A stretch of DNA of 64,000 nt from Paraspadella gotoi (lineage: Eukaryota; Animalia; Chaetognatha): contig CM119268.1 in assembly GCA_051294375.1 (NCBI GenBank), forward strand, positions 4,983,878 through 5,047,877. The letters are read 5' to 3'. Under the pieces are notes generated by a model, which had not been told where the DNA came from, did not search any database, and saw only the letters and a list, made by a program, of their open reading frames with translations. A program made the position numbers and the translations under genes. Positions 39,400-51,460 of this stretch are shown here, one piece after another; the first letter of the stretch is position 1, and each line of letters opens with the position of its first letter.

Positions 39400-39687
39400 C
39401 GGACGACGATGACGACGACGACGACGACGACAACGACGACAATTTAAATCGATTCCCGTCACGACAGAAAACGAGATGGTGAAAAAAAAAATTGCCAACA
39501 GAACCTTCGTCGTCTTTATTGTTACCGTCGACGTCGTCATGAGTTGTCATTTGTTGAGACATCGTTTGAGTCATTGTTATTGTCCTCTTTAGAATCATCG
39601 TCGGCGTTGATGTCATCATTATTCTCGTCCTTTTTAGAGTCATCGTTGTCATCGTTGTAGTCATTGTTATTTCTATCTCTCGAGGCA

Positions 39688-39723
<36 letters not shown>

Positions 39724-39930
39724 TGGTTGTCGTCATCGTCGGCGGCATCGTTTCTTCTTCTTATTCGGTTCTGTTGTAAATATTTCGACAGAGTTGCTGC
39801 AGATGATGAAGACGACGATTACAATGACGACAACGACAACGACAACGACGACGACAACGACGAGACGATCAACGACGACGACAAGAAGACACGACGACGA
39901 ACGACGAACGCGACGACGACGACGAACGAC
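39400..39930. repeat. (GAC/GTC)n-rich low-complexity region
   Basis: Seen directly; similar tracts at 32390, 36043, 47040 and 59710. Confidence 0.9.
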
Positions 39931-40030
39931 GATCAAGTAAACGTAGCGGCGCTCCAACGCGACCAACTGTCGGAAATAAAAAGCCGGGGAAAAAAAGTCC
40001 GTCATCCATAAGACAAAAGAGGAAGAATAA

Positions 40031-40061
<31 letters not shown>

Positions 40062-40425
40062 TGGGGGTGGGAGAAGAGAGCAGGAAGAGAGAGGAAAAGG
40101 AAGAGAGAGGAGAGAGAAGGAGGAGAAAAGAGAAAGAAAGAAGGGAGAGAAAGAAAGAGAGAAAGGAGAGAGAGAGAAGGAAGAGAGAGAGAGAGAAGGA
40201 GAGGAAGGAAAAGAGAAGAAAGGGAAGAAAGAAAAGAAGAAGAGGAAGATAGAAAGGAAAGAAAGAAAAGAGAGAGAGAGAGAGAGAGAGAGAAAGGAGA
40301 GAGGAGGTAAAAGAGAAAGGGAGAAAGAAGAAGGGATAGGGGAGAGAGGGAGACTCTTGGAACAGAAGGCCGAAATTACCCGCGCAAATCACTTGTTGCG
40401 GAGAGCGAGAGAGGAGAGAGAGAGA

Positions 40426-40465
<40 letters not shown>

Positions 40466-40969
40466 AATTAAAACAGAGGCAGGAAGAGAGAGTAAGATGC
40501 GCAGACAGTAGAAAGAAGAAAGAGAAAAAAAAGACAGAGAAAGGCAGAGAGACAAGGAGAGAGAAAGCAGATCTGACTTTAATATTTATTGTATAATAAA
40601 GATTTTTTTTGTGTCATTCGCGATGGGACACGAGGTGGACTTACCTGAACGCCCCAGTTTATCACCTTTCAACACATTTTTCTTCGTAAGAAGTCATTGT
40701 TGTTGATTTCCTTGTCATCGTAAGATTTTCTATGAAGAGAAAATTCGATAATTGACGTGCTAAATACCTTAAACGGGCACCGACCTGCGACATTGGTCGG
40801 TCAGTCAGTCGGTCGGTCGGTATGCCACGATCGTCAATTACAGGCGTCATGGATTCTTTTTTCCAGTATGGGCTGCAGTCAGCATCGCTGCTACTCTAGT
40901 GGGTCTGCTAATTGCTCTACATTGCCCGTCTGCTGCGAGGGTCGACAATCGCTTCATTCCTTTTCACGC

Positions 40970-41345
40970 TCTCTTCTCTGTCACGGCCTTTGATTCTGCT
41001 ACGCTGGCGTGTCTGCTACACTGTTCTCTCTGTCACGGCCTTTGATTCTGCTACGCTGGCGTGTCTGCTACACTGTTCTCTCTGTCACGGCCTTGGATTC
41101 TGCTACGCTGGCGTGTCTGCTAGACTGTTCTCTCTGTCACGGCCTTAGATTCTGCTATGCTCCCGTGTCTGCTACATTTTAGTCTTTGTCAGGGACTTTG
41201 ATTCCACCACGCTTTAATGTCTGCTAACCTGTTCTTTCTCTCACAGCCTTTGAATCCGCTACGTTCACTAGTCTGCCACGCTGTTCTCTCTGTCACAACC
41301 TTTGCTTCCGCTACGCTCGAGTGTCTGCTACGTTCTAGTCTCTGA
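40970..41345. repeat. 52-bp minisatellite, about 7 copies, decaying rightwards
   Basis: Unit TCACGGCCTTTGATTCTGCTACGCTGGCGTGTCTGCTACACTGTTCTCTCTG at 40981, 41033, 41085 and onwards. Confidence 0.9.
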
Positions 41346-42613
41346 TTCTGATTCTACTACGTTCGCGGGTATGCTACGTTCGGCGTGACAGCTGCCTCCT
41401 CGACCGAAGGGAAAAAGATATATTCCGCCTCAAAAACAAACGGAGGTCGAAGTCCGAAGGCGGGAGGAGGAGGAGGAGGAGGAGTAGGAGGAGGAGGAGG
41501 AGAATGAGGAGGAGGAGGGAACAGGAGGTGGAGAGTACGGAAAGGAGGTGGAAAAAAGTTTGGTAGCAGGTAAAAGAGGAAGAGGGGGAGGGAAAGAGAG
41601 AGGAGGAAGGGGAGGAAGAGTGAGGGGAGGAGGAGGAGAGGGAAGAGAAATGTTAAGAAGAAGGGGAAGAGGAGGGGAAGAGAAAAAGGGAAAGAGATAG
41701 GAGGAGGGAGGAAGGGTAGAAAAATAAAATCTGGGAGGATATAAAAAAGGAAAGGAATAAAAAAAAACATTGAAAACGTAAAAAGAAGTCGGTTGAGAAT
41801 GACAACGAGACGAAAGATTAAAATACTATGTATAATGTATATTAATATGGATATTTTAGTGTTAAAATCGTTTAAAATCGATTATATCAAAGAGAAGTTA
41901 TTAAGGTTGACAACCAAAGATTTATTTGATCGAAAAAGACACCGGGTATCGTCATCGTCGTCATCGTCGTCGTCGTCTTCGGGCTGGAGTCTGGACAGCA
42001 CTGTTCGGGAGTGCTGGGGTCTGGATGGCCCTGTTTAGGAGTGCTGGTGTCTGGATAGCGTCGTTATCGTCGTCGTCATCGTCGTCATCTTCGTAAATGT
42101 CAAGGCGACATGTCAAAAGCTCCACTGTTCCTTTGGCTTTGGTTTCGTGGTTCTTGGCACCGAAATGGAGTTATAACACTGATAAATCAATATTATTACT
42201 TTAGCATTATATGTTAAAAATTATATAAATAATCAACTATATAAAAAACATTCATTTAATTTTTGAAAATGACGATTTAGACATTTAAACGAAACGGCAA
42301 ATATTTTTCTCTTGGTAAATAAAAAATGTTGAGAAAAATAGTAAAAAAAGAGAAATATTGAAAATGTAGATCTGGCAAAAAATGGTCTTAGTTGGCAAAT
42401 GAAAGAAGGTGAAAAAATGAGAGAAGTATTAAGAAAAGTAAACTCTTTATTCCAAAAGCGCCCATTTCTGTTCCTTAATCCTCAAACTTAATTTTAATAT
42501 CTATATTTAATTTTAATATATAGCCAAATATAGAACTTAATCTCTAGCCCTAGTTCCTTCCACTAACATACATTTTTATTTTTAATCTAATTTAGTCTAA
42601 TATAGTAAAGACT

Positions 42614-42668
<55 letters not shown>

Positions 42669-43635
42669 CTGCTCCTTAACCCTAATCATTCAACTAATCT
42701 CTAATCCTAATCCTTAACATAATGCCTAACATCATCCTTGACTCTCACTTCCAAATTAATTTTTAAACTTAAAAACAAATTTAATAAAAAAATGAGAAAT
42801 GATATGAGAAAAAAAATTTGAACNNNNNNNNNNNNNNNNNNNNNNNNNNNNNNNNNNNNNNNNNNNNNNNNNNNNNNNNNNNNNNNNNNNNNNNNNNNNN
42901 NNNNNNNNNNNNNNNNNNNNNNNNNNNNNNNNNNNNNNNNNNNNNNNNNNNNNNNNNNNNNNNNNNNNNNNNNNNNNNNNNNNNNNNNNNNNNNNNNNNN
43001 NNNNNNNNNNNNNNNNNNNNNNNNNNNNNNNNNNNNNNNNNNNNNNNNNNNNNNNNNNNNNNNNNNNNNNNNNNNNNNNNNNNNNNNNNNNNNNNNNNNN
43101 NNNNNNNNNNNNNNNNNNNNNNNNNNNNNNNNNNNNNNNNNNNNNNNNNNNNNNNNNNNNNNNNNNNNNNNNNNNNNNNNNNNNNNNNNNNNNNNNNNNN
43201 NNNNNNNNNNNNNNNNNNNNNNNNNNNNNNNNNNNNNNNNNNNNNNNNNNNNNNNNNNNNNNNNNNNNNNNNNNNNNNNNNNNNNNNNNNNNNNNNNNNN
43301 NNNNNNNNNNNNNNNNNNNNNNNNNNNNNNNNNNNNNNNNNNNNNNNNNNNNNNNNNNNNNNNNNNNNNNNNNNNNNNNNNNNNNNNNNNNNNNNNNNNN
43401 NNNNNNNNNNNNNNNNNNNNNNNNNNNNNNNNNNNNNNNNNNNNNNNNNNNNNNNNNNNNNNNNNNNNNNNNNNNNNNNNNNNNNNNNNNNNNNNNNNNN
43501 NNNNNNNNNNNNNNNNNNNNNNNNNNNNNNNNNNNNNNNNNNNNNNNNNNNNNNNNNNNNNNNNNNNNNNNNNNNNNNNNNNNNNNNNNNNNNNNNNNNN
43601 NNNNNNNNNNNNNNNNNNNNNNNNNNNNNNNNNNN

Positions 43636-43667
<32 letters not shown>

Positions 43668-44982
43668 GGAAAGGGCCACTTTCATTTCGACTCGAATTAA
43701 AAGTCACCTTTGGCACTAAACTTACTCAAAAGTTGAAGCAAAAAAAGATCTACGATTTTTTTTGAAGAAACAAATTTGAAAAAAATCTAAAAATAGAAAA
43801 GAGAAATGATAGATCGGGACATAGCCACCAATTGATGAATATCGAAATAGATCATGAGAAGAGTAAGAAAGCTAGAGAGAGAGAGAGCGAGATAGCTATA
43901 TAGACAGAGAGGGAGAGGTTTGATTTGATTTGTAATGCTCAAAAATGTAAGTCAACATATTAACAAACAATATACAGTTACAGAGAGGTACACAAATTTA
44001 TGTACAAACAAACAGTATTAAGTCTACCTTATTTCCAAGTATAAAATTGAAAAGTAATTTAAGTTTTCTTTGAGAGTCATCGCATGTACCGAGATAATGA
44101 ATTAGATAGAGATTATAAATGGGAGTACAGGTCATAAATAAAAATACTGTACCTGTACTCCCATGTGTAATCTCTATCTAATTTAAGTTTGTTATTTAGT
44201 TATCATCGAACCCTTTCTGTTTTTTATGTCTCACAAAGAAGCTAATTTGGCAATAATTGATTGAAATTTAAAAAGTCATTCTCTCATGGAGAGAGAGAGA
44301 GAAAGAGAAGGAGAGATAAATTTAAAAATAAGATGAGAGAGAGAGATAGAGAGATTAAGAGAGGGAGAAAGAGAGAGAAAGAGAGAGAAAGAGAGAGATA
44401 GATAAAAAGATTAGCGNNNNNNNNNNNNNNNNNNNNNNNNNNNNNNNNNNNNNNNNNNNNNNNNNNNNNNNNNNNNNNNNNNNNNNNNNNNNNNNNNNNN
44501 NNNNNNNNNNNNNNNNNNNNNNNNNNNNNNNNNNNNNNNNNNNNNNNNNNNNNNNNNNNNNNNNNNNNNNNNNNNNNNNNNNNNNNNNNNNNNNNNNNNN
44601 NNNNNNNNNNNNNNNNNNNNNNNNNNNNNNNNNNNNNNNNNNNNNNNNNNNNNNNNNNNNNNNNNNNNNNNNNNNNNNNNNNNNNNNNNNNNNNNNNNNN
44701 NNNNNNNNNNNNNNNNNNNNNNNNNNNNNNNNNNNNNNNNNNNNNNNNNNNNNNNNNNNNNNNNNNNNNNNNNNNNNNNNNNNNNNNNNNNNNNNNNNNN
44801 NNNNNNNNNNNNNNNNNNNNNNNNNNNNNNNNNNNNNNNNNNNNNNNNNNNNNNNNNNNNNNNNNNNNNNNNNNNNNNNNNNNNNNNNNNNNNNNNNNNN
44901 NNNNNNNNNNNNNNNNNNNNNNNNNNNNNNNNNNNNNNNNNNNNNNNNNNNNNNNNNNNNNNNNNNNNAGCTCTCTCCCTAG

Positions 44983-47900
44983 GGGCGCCCTCCCTCGCCT
45001 ATCCCGCCTCCACAATTGTTCTTCCCTATTGGCCGGGGAATCAAGTGACCCAGGGGCCGCAACAACCAGTCACCCCCAGGTGAGTGAATGGGTGAGCCAA
45101 GGCATTCATAGTCATTCTGTCAAACTGTAAGTCCAGTACTTCTGTTTGTATATCAGGCAGTGACAATCAATCTTTCTGTCGATCAAGTGCTTAAAATCAA
45201 TCTGTCCGTATCAGGCTGTCACTATCAATCTGTCTGTCCATCAGGCGGTGACACTGACAGTCAACCTTTTTTGTTTTTCAAAAAATACTCCTTCTTTTTC
45301 CTCCTCGTCTTTTTTGTTGACTTCATCTTTGTTTGTTTTCAATCGCCTTTTTCGTTGGAGGCTGTTTTGTCGTCGTCGTATTCGTTGTCGTCGTCGTCGT
45401 CTTCGTAGTCGTTATCGTCGTCGTCCTTGTTGTTTTTGTTGTTTATTTTTGTTTTTATTTTCCATTCCAAAGATTTTTTTGGTTTTTATGGACTTGTCTC
45501 TCGTTGCTAGCGCCAAAGTGATTCCATGATTCCATTAGTCTACACCGTAATTTCACCTTCGCATTCTTTGAAAAGGTCCGTCAGTCTGTACTTTTGTGGC
45601 GATCCGTTCGTCCGTCCATCCATACATTTCACTTCCAACTTTACATTGTATGTTTTATATTATTTCACCTTACACAATGTATTCTATATTATATTATCAT
45701 TATATAGTTTTTTTTCAAACCTTTTTTATCTACTTCTCCATCACTTATCTCTTTCTTTATCTTTTTATTGTCTGCTTCTCCATCACTTAACTCTTTCGCC
45801 ATCTTTTCCCATCTTTTTCCCGTCTGCTTCTTAATCACTTATCTCTTTCGCCATCTTTTTTTCGTCTGCTTCTACATTACTTAACTCTTTCATCAAATTT
45901 ATTTTTTTTGCTTATCCATTACTTATCTCTTTCGCCATATTTTTTTGGTCTGCTTCGACATCATTTATATCTTTCGCCATCTTTTCTTTCGTCTGCTTCT
46001 ACATCATTGAGCTCTTTCGTCATCTTTTGGTCTGCTTCTATATCATTTATCTCTTTCGCCATATTTGTTTGTGTCCGCTTCTCCATCACTTATATCTTTC
46101 GCCATCCTGTTTTTGTCCGCTTCTCCATCACTTATCTCCCTTCGCCATCTATTTTTTTCCTCTCGTTTTTTCTAATCATTTTTTCCTGCATGAGTTGCCT
46201 CATGATTAAGCGAGTCATTTCTTTGTCGATGTCGTCCAAATTCCTTTCCTCTTTTCATATTTTAGTTTCGCCCCGGGGACTGGAGAAGAAACTCAATAAG
46301 TCACTTTTTGGTCTGTCGGTCGCTTGGTATGTCTGTCTGTCTATTTGTCCGTCCGTCGGTCTGTCCCACTTACATTAATGTTACTACTTCATTGATAAAG
46401 AAGCCAGGTACTTTGGGAGTGAATCTGTTGGGTAGGAATTGAAATAATTGAGTTTAACACCGAATAATTCGCGAAAAAAAGACAAGAAAGTAAGTGGAAG
46501 GAAAGTAAAGACAGAAAAAAAAAGAGAGAACATTTTTTTTTGCTGAAAAGATAAGAGGAAAGAAAAAAAATGGTTGAAGAAAACTCGGGAAATAAATGTA
46601 GGAAGACCATAGACAAATTACNNNNNNNNNNNNNNNNNNNNNNNNNNNNNNNNNNNNNNNNNNNNNNNNNNNNNNNNNNNNNNNNNNNNNNNNNNNNNNN
46701 NNNNNNNNNNNNNNNNNNNNNNNNNNNNNNNNNNNNNNNNNNNNNNNNNNNNNNNNNNNNNNNNNNNNNNNNNNNNNNNNNNNNNNNNNNNNNNNNNNNN
46801 NNNNNNNNNNNNNNNNNNAGAAGAGAAGAGAAGAGAAGAGAAGAGAAGAGAAAAGAAGGTAAACGTAAATTCCGATTTCCATGAATACATGTCTCTCACA
46901 CCCAGAGTCCATAAAATAATACCCCCCCCTATTGCATTCCACTCAGACTCGAATTTTTCGCTGTCGTCGACGAAGGTCGAGTTTTGTTGAGGTCGAACGC
47001 AAACATCGTGGGCGAAGGCAAAGATGGAACGCTTACTCTGTCGTCGTCGTCGTCGTCGTCGTATTCGTCGTCGTCGTCGTCGTCATCGTCGTCGAATTAA
47101 GTGGCCAAATAAACGTCAATGACCATCCCCCATTCTCCCACCTCAATTTAAATACAGGATTTTTCCTGCTCTCTNNNNNNNNNNNNNNNNNNNNNNNNNN
47201 NNNNNNNNNNNNNNNNNNNNNNNNNNNNNNNNNNNNNNNNNNNNNNNNNNNNNNNNNNNNNNNNNNNNNNNNNNNNNNNNNNNNNNNNNNNNNNNNNNNN
47301 NNNNNNNNNNNNNNNNNNNNNNNNNNNNNNNNNNNNNNNNNNNNNNNNNNNNNNNNNNNNNNNNNNNNNNNNNNNNNNNNNNNNNNNNNNNNNNNNNNNN
47401 NNNNNNNNNNNNNNNNCCTTCCAACATCACTAACCCGAAAACGTGGAAATTTCGTTCCGATTTCCTAATTTGGCTCAAATTCATCTATTTCACTCAACCA
47501 ATAAAGAGTGGTCACAAAAAAAAATAATTAAATTACCCCAGTCGCTGGAAGAATTTCCTGATATAATAATACGTGGTTTTGAGTTTGAAAGGATTTTGTC
47601 TTCTATTCACATAACTATGTACATTGTACATAATTTTGTAGTCATGTGTAATGTACATTGTACAACAAACTGATGACTTATCTGCAAAGTTTTAACTAAA
47701 ACAAACAAATATTATGGGAATTATGCCTCATTTATTTTGTGAACACATGACCGTAGAGCGTAGACTACACTAGTATGAAACATATGCACAAAAATCATTC
47801 ATGGATACTTAACTATTCATGAGTTATGCTGCATTAAATTTTATTTCATGTGATCAACACTGTGCACATTGTACAAGTATGCATGTTAAAGGTCTTAATG

Positions 47901-50022
47901 TGCCTCATCTTCCTACCAAATATAAACTAAATTAATGAATTATTATCCGGGTTACGATATGAGCATTTTTAACGTAAGTGGGACATACCGACCGACCGAC
48001 TGAAAAGTGACTTATTGAATTGCACCGCGAATCCTCGATACACGAATGAATGAATGAATGAATGAATGAATGAATGAATGAATAAATGAATGAATTAACC
48101 AGTGAATGACCCTTATTTTCCTTTCCAGGCAAACGGCCACCCCTACTCACAACACAGCGCCAATCTCCGGCCGATGCTCCGTCTCTTGTTCGAGGTCATT
48201 CGAGTATCTCGCCGATCCCTGCAACTGCGAGTGTTTCTATCAGTGCACCTTTATCGGGAAGCCCCCTACGCATTACAAGTGATAATAATCACTCAAAATC
48301 AATCAATCAATCAATCAAAACAAAATTTAATCAATCAAACAATCAAATCCAATCAATCAACCAAATCAACTCAATCAATCAATCAATCATTCCATCAAAC
48401 AATAAATTAGTCAATCAAAACCAATCAATCAATCAAACAAATCCAAAAATCAAATCCAATCAATCAATCAAATCCAAGCATTAAAAGCAATCAACAAATC
48501 CAATCAACCAATCATTCGAAATTAAATCGAATCAAACTCAGATGCCCCCCCGGTCTGCGATGGAACACCAACTCCATGGCGTGCGACCACGTAGAGAACG
48601 TCCGTTGCACTCCCGACGGAGGTCAATACGTGACAGGGGGTGGCGTCTACACGGGAGTGATGGGCGCCACGAACGGAGGAGGGCGCTTGGGAAATTGGAA
48701 CGCGGAATTTTGCTGCGACGGCGACGGAGGGGTGAGAGAGAGNNNNNNNNNNNNNNNNNNNNNNNNNNNNNNNNNNNNNNNNNNNNNNNNNNNNNNNNNN
48801 NNNNNNNNNNNNNNNNNNNNNNNNNNNNNNNNNNNNNNNNNNNNNNNNNNNNNNNNNNNNNNNNNNNNNNNNNNNNNNNNNNNNNNNNNNNNNNNNGTGA
48901 AGGAGAAACCGTGTGGGAGAACAAAAATACTAACTAGACCTTTTTTACCCCTCTTTTTCTCTCTTTCTCTCTTTCTCTTTCTCTCTCTCTCTCTCTCTTT
49001 CTCTTCTAATTACTCCGAGAAACTTCCACCACATCCACTGTTCTGAGAAATGTCGAAGGACCTTGAATTTTTTTGTTTTTGAATTTGATTCATTTGCATT
49101 TTACAGTAGTCGTCGTCGTCGTCGTCGTCGTCGTCGTNNNNNNNNNNNNNNNNNNNNNNNNNNNNNNNNNNNNNNNNNNNNNNNNNNNNNNNNNCATTGG
49201 ATCATATTTATTTTCTCTATTCTCTATTCGTCGTTCTACTTTGCCCCTCTGAACATCTATACTCATCCTCTCGTCAAGCTGAGTCTTCTCAAATCCGGAT
49301 AGTCGATCGGAGACGTACTTCTTCTCTCTTCCTGAATCCATCCTCATCCATCGTATTAAGGAAAGAAGTTAAATGAGCCAAACCCAAATTTTTAGATATC
49401 CACCGGGACTGGCACGAGACAGGTGCCTCCTGGGACTGGCACCCGGCAGGTGCCATCAGGGACTGGCACCCGGCAGGTGCCATCAGGGACGGGAACCCGG
49501 CAGGTGCCATCTGGGTGGAGTTCCAATCAGGGAACCAAACAAGTTCCTTCCTATGTCAACAAGCCGCAAGTGATTCTCACAGATTATCAGCAGCAGCAAC
49601 AGGTAAGGTCATAGAGAGGTCACGGTGAGGGCATTGATAGGTCGAAGTGAGGTGTAGCTAAGATGAGGTCATAGGTCATAGGTCCGGATAAAGTTTTGGT
49701 AAGATCATTGTAAAATTATGATTTGGTAAGGGTGAGGTTAAGTATTTTCTCGAAAATAAATATACAAAATTACATATCTTTGAATCGAAATATCAGAATT
49801 CAATATTAATATTCTTTGTTGTTTTATTTGTTAACAAGTCTTTGCTCTTTTACAAAAAACAAGTATAAAGATGTTTAAACTTAAACTAAAGCTCGAGTTC
49901 TTCTCATGTACTGAGAAAGTCTACTTTTTCTTTGTCACAAAAATGGGAATTATTTTTATCTCTTTTACTTTTAGATTTTATCTCCTGATTTGGTATTCCG
50001 AATTCGGTAGAAAAGCAATGTG

Positions 50023-50115
<93 letters not shown>

Positions 50116-50354
50116 TTTGTTCAAATGTATTTTGTTTACAATTTTAAGGATTGGTGGAATCAGTGGAAGCAACACAACGTCGTCTCTGGAAGTTATAGTG
50201 GAAGTTCACACAAACAAGTGAGCGCGCGATAGAAAATCATTGTCTTAAAAATGAGATAATTATCACCCTTTTGAATAATGAATAGAAAAAAATCAAAAGC
50301 ATCCATTAAAAGTCTTTTCATTATTTTAGGTTTCCGGTGGAACCCGCCAGACTG
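44983..50354 (+). CDS. Partial gene: chitin-binding type-2 (CBM14/peritrophin-A) domain protein with GTGTRQVPS repeats
   Basis: Phase-consistent exons 44983-45079, 48129-48278, 48542-48731, 49396-49602, 50149-50217, 50330-50354. The spliced sequence CSRSFEYLADPCNCECFYQCTFIGKPPTHYKCPPGLRWNTNSMACDHVENVRC fits the six-Cys CBM14 spacing (C-x5-C, CPxGLxW, C-x7-C). Start and stop were not found, and gaps may hide exons. Confidence 0.85.
45730..46155. repeat. Degenerate minisatellite of about 42 bp
   Basis: Recurring TCTGCTTCTCCATCACTTATCTCTTTCGCCATCTTTT. Confidence 0.85.
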
Positions 50355-50917
50355 GTGAGTCGTTTTTCTTTCTTTCATAATTTTTTATTCTTATTTTGTT
50401 TTTTTTAGCTTTTTTTATTTTTCATTCAAATGTATTTTTGTTTCAAAGAGCTCTTTGACTGACTTGTGATAACGTCTTTCTCTAATTTTATTTGTCACTG
50501 AACTTGAATTTTTTAAACAGCATTATTAAATAGACTAAATTCTATATAAAATCGTCAATTAAAAAAAACAACTACAATCTGATAAAATTTGCTAATATTT
50601 GTTATTTTTGAAATAATCCTAAGTCCTAGGATTTGATTTCACAAAAAAATTTGATTATAAAATAAAAAAAAACGACCGTTTTAAATAAAAGTATGAACAT
50701 ATGATTTTTTAAAAACTAATCCAGCAAAGCTTTTTAATATAATCTGACCAACCATACAACTTTTTAAAAACAAACTCGTTAAACGCGAAACAAATTTCAA
50801 AACACAAACGTAAACCTTTTTTCTGATAAAAAGCTTTAAAAGAAAACAAGACGACTAAAAATAAAAAGGAGAAAAGTGAAAAATAAAAGGGAGAAAAGTG
50901 AAGACTTCGAATTTCGT

Positions 50918-51460
50918 TTCTTTTCTTTTCTTTTCTTTTCTTTTCTTTTCTTTTCTTTTTTATCTTTTTCTTTTCAGACTTCACATTTCGCAAACTTTAA
51001 CGCGACTTGAAACGACGACAAATTAGTTTTTTTTTCTTTTCTTTTTTTTTCTTTTCTTTTCTTTTCTTTTCTTTTCTTTTCTTTTCTTTTCTTTTCTTTT
51101 CTTTTCTTTTCTTTTCTTTTCTTTTCTTTTCTTTTCTTTTCTTTCTTTCTTTCTTTTCTTTCTTTTCCTTCTTTTCTTTCTTTTCTTTTTTATCTTTTTC
51201 TTTTTCTTTTCAGACTTCACATTTCGCAAACTTTAACGCGACTTGAAACCGACGACAAATTAGTTTTTTCTTATTCTTTTCTTTCCTTTTCTTCTTCTTT
51301 TCTTTCTTTCTTTTTCTTTCTTTTCTTTTTTCTTTCTTTTCTTTTCTTTTCTTTTTCTTTTTTCTTCTTCTTTCTTTCTTTTTCTTTTCTTTCTTTCTTT
51401 TCTTTTCTTTTCTCTCCTTATTCTTTCTTTCTTAGTCTTTTTTATACTTTTTCTTTTTCT
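50918..51460. repeat. (TTTTC)n tract with an internal duplication of about 90 bp
   Basis: CAGACTTCACATTTCGCAAACTTTAACGCGACTTGAAAC occurs at about 50975 and about 51211. Confidence 0.85.

Noticed and set aside
40867-40940. Signal-peptide exon (WAAVSIAATLVGLLIALHCPSAAR) for the chitin-binding gene
   Set aside because: It is hydrophobic, but there is no in-frame ATG or convincing donor; unresolved
40970-41345. CRISPR-like or coding repeat
   Set aside because: The 52-bp period is not a multiple of 3, there are no spacers, and it decays in one direction
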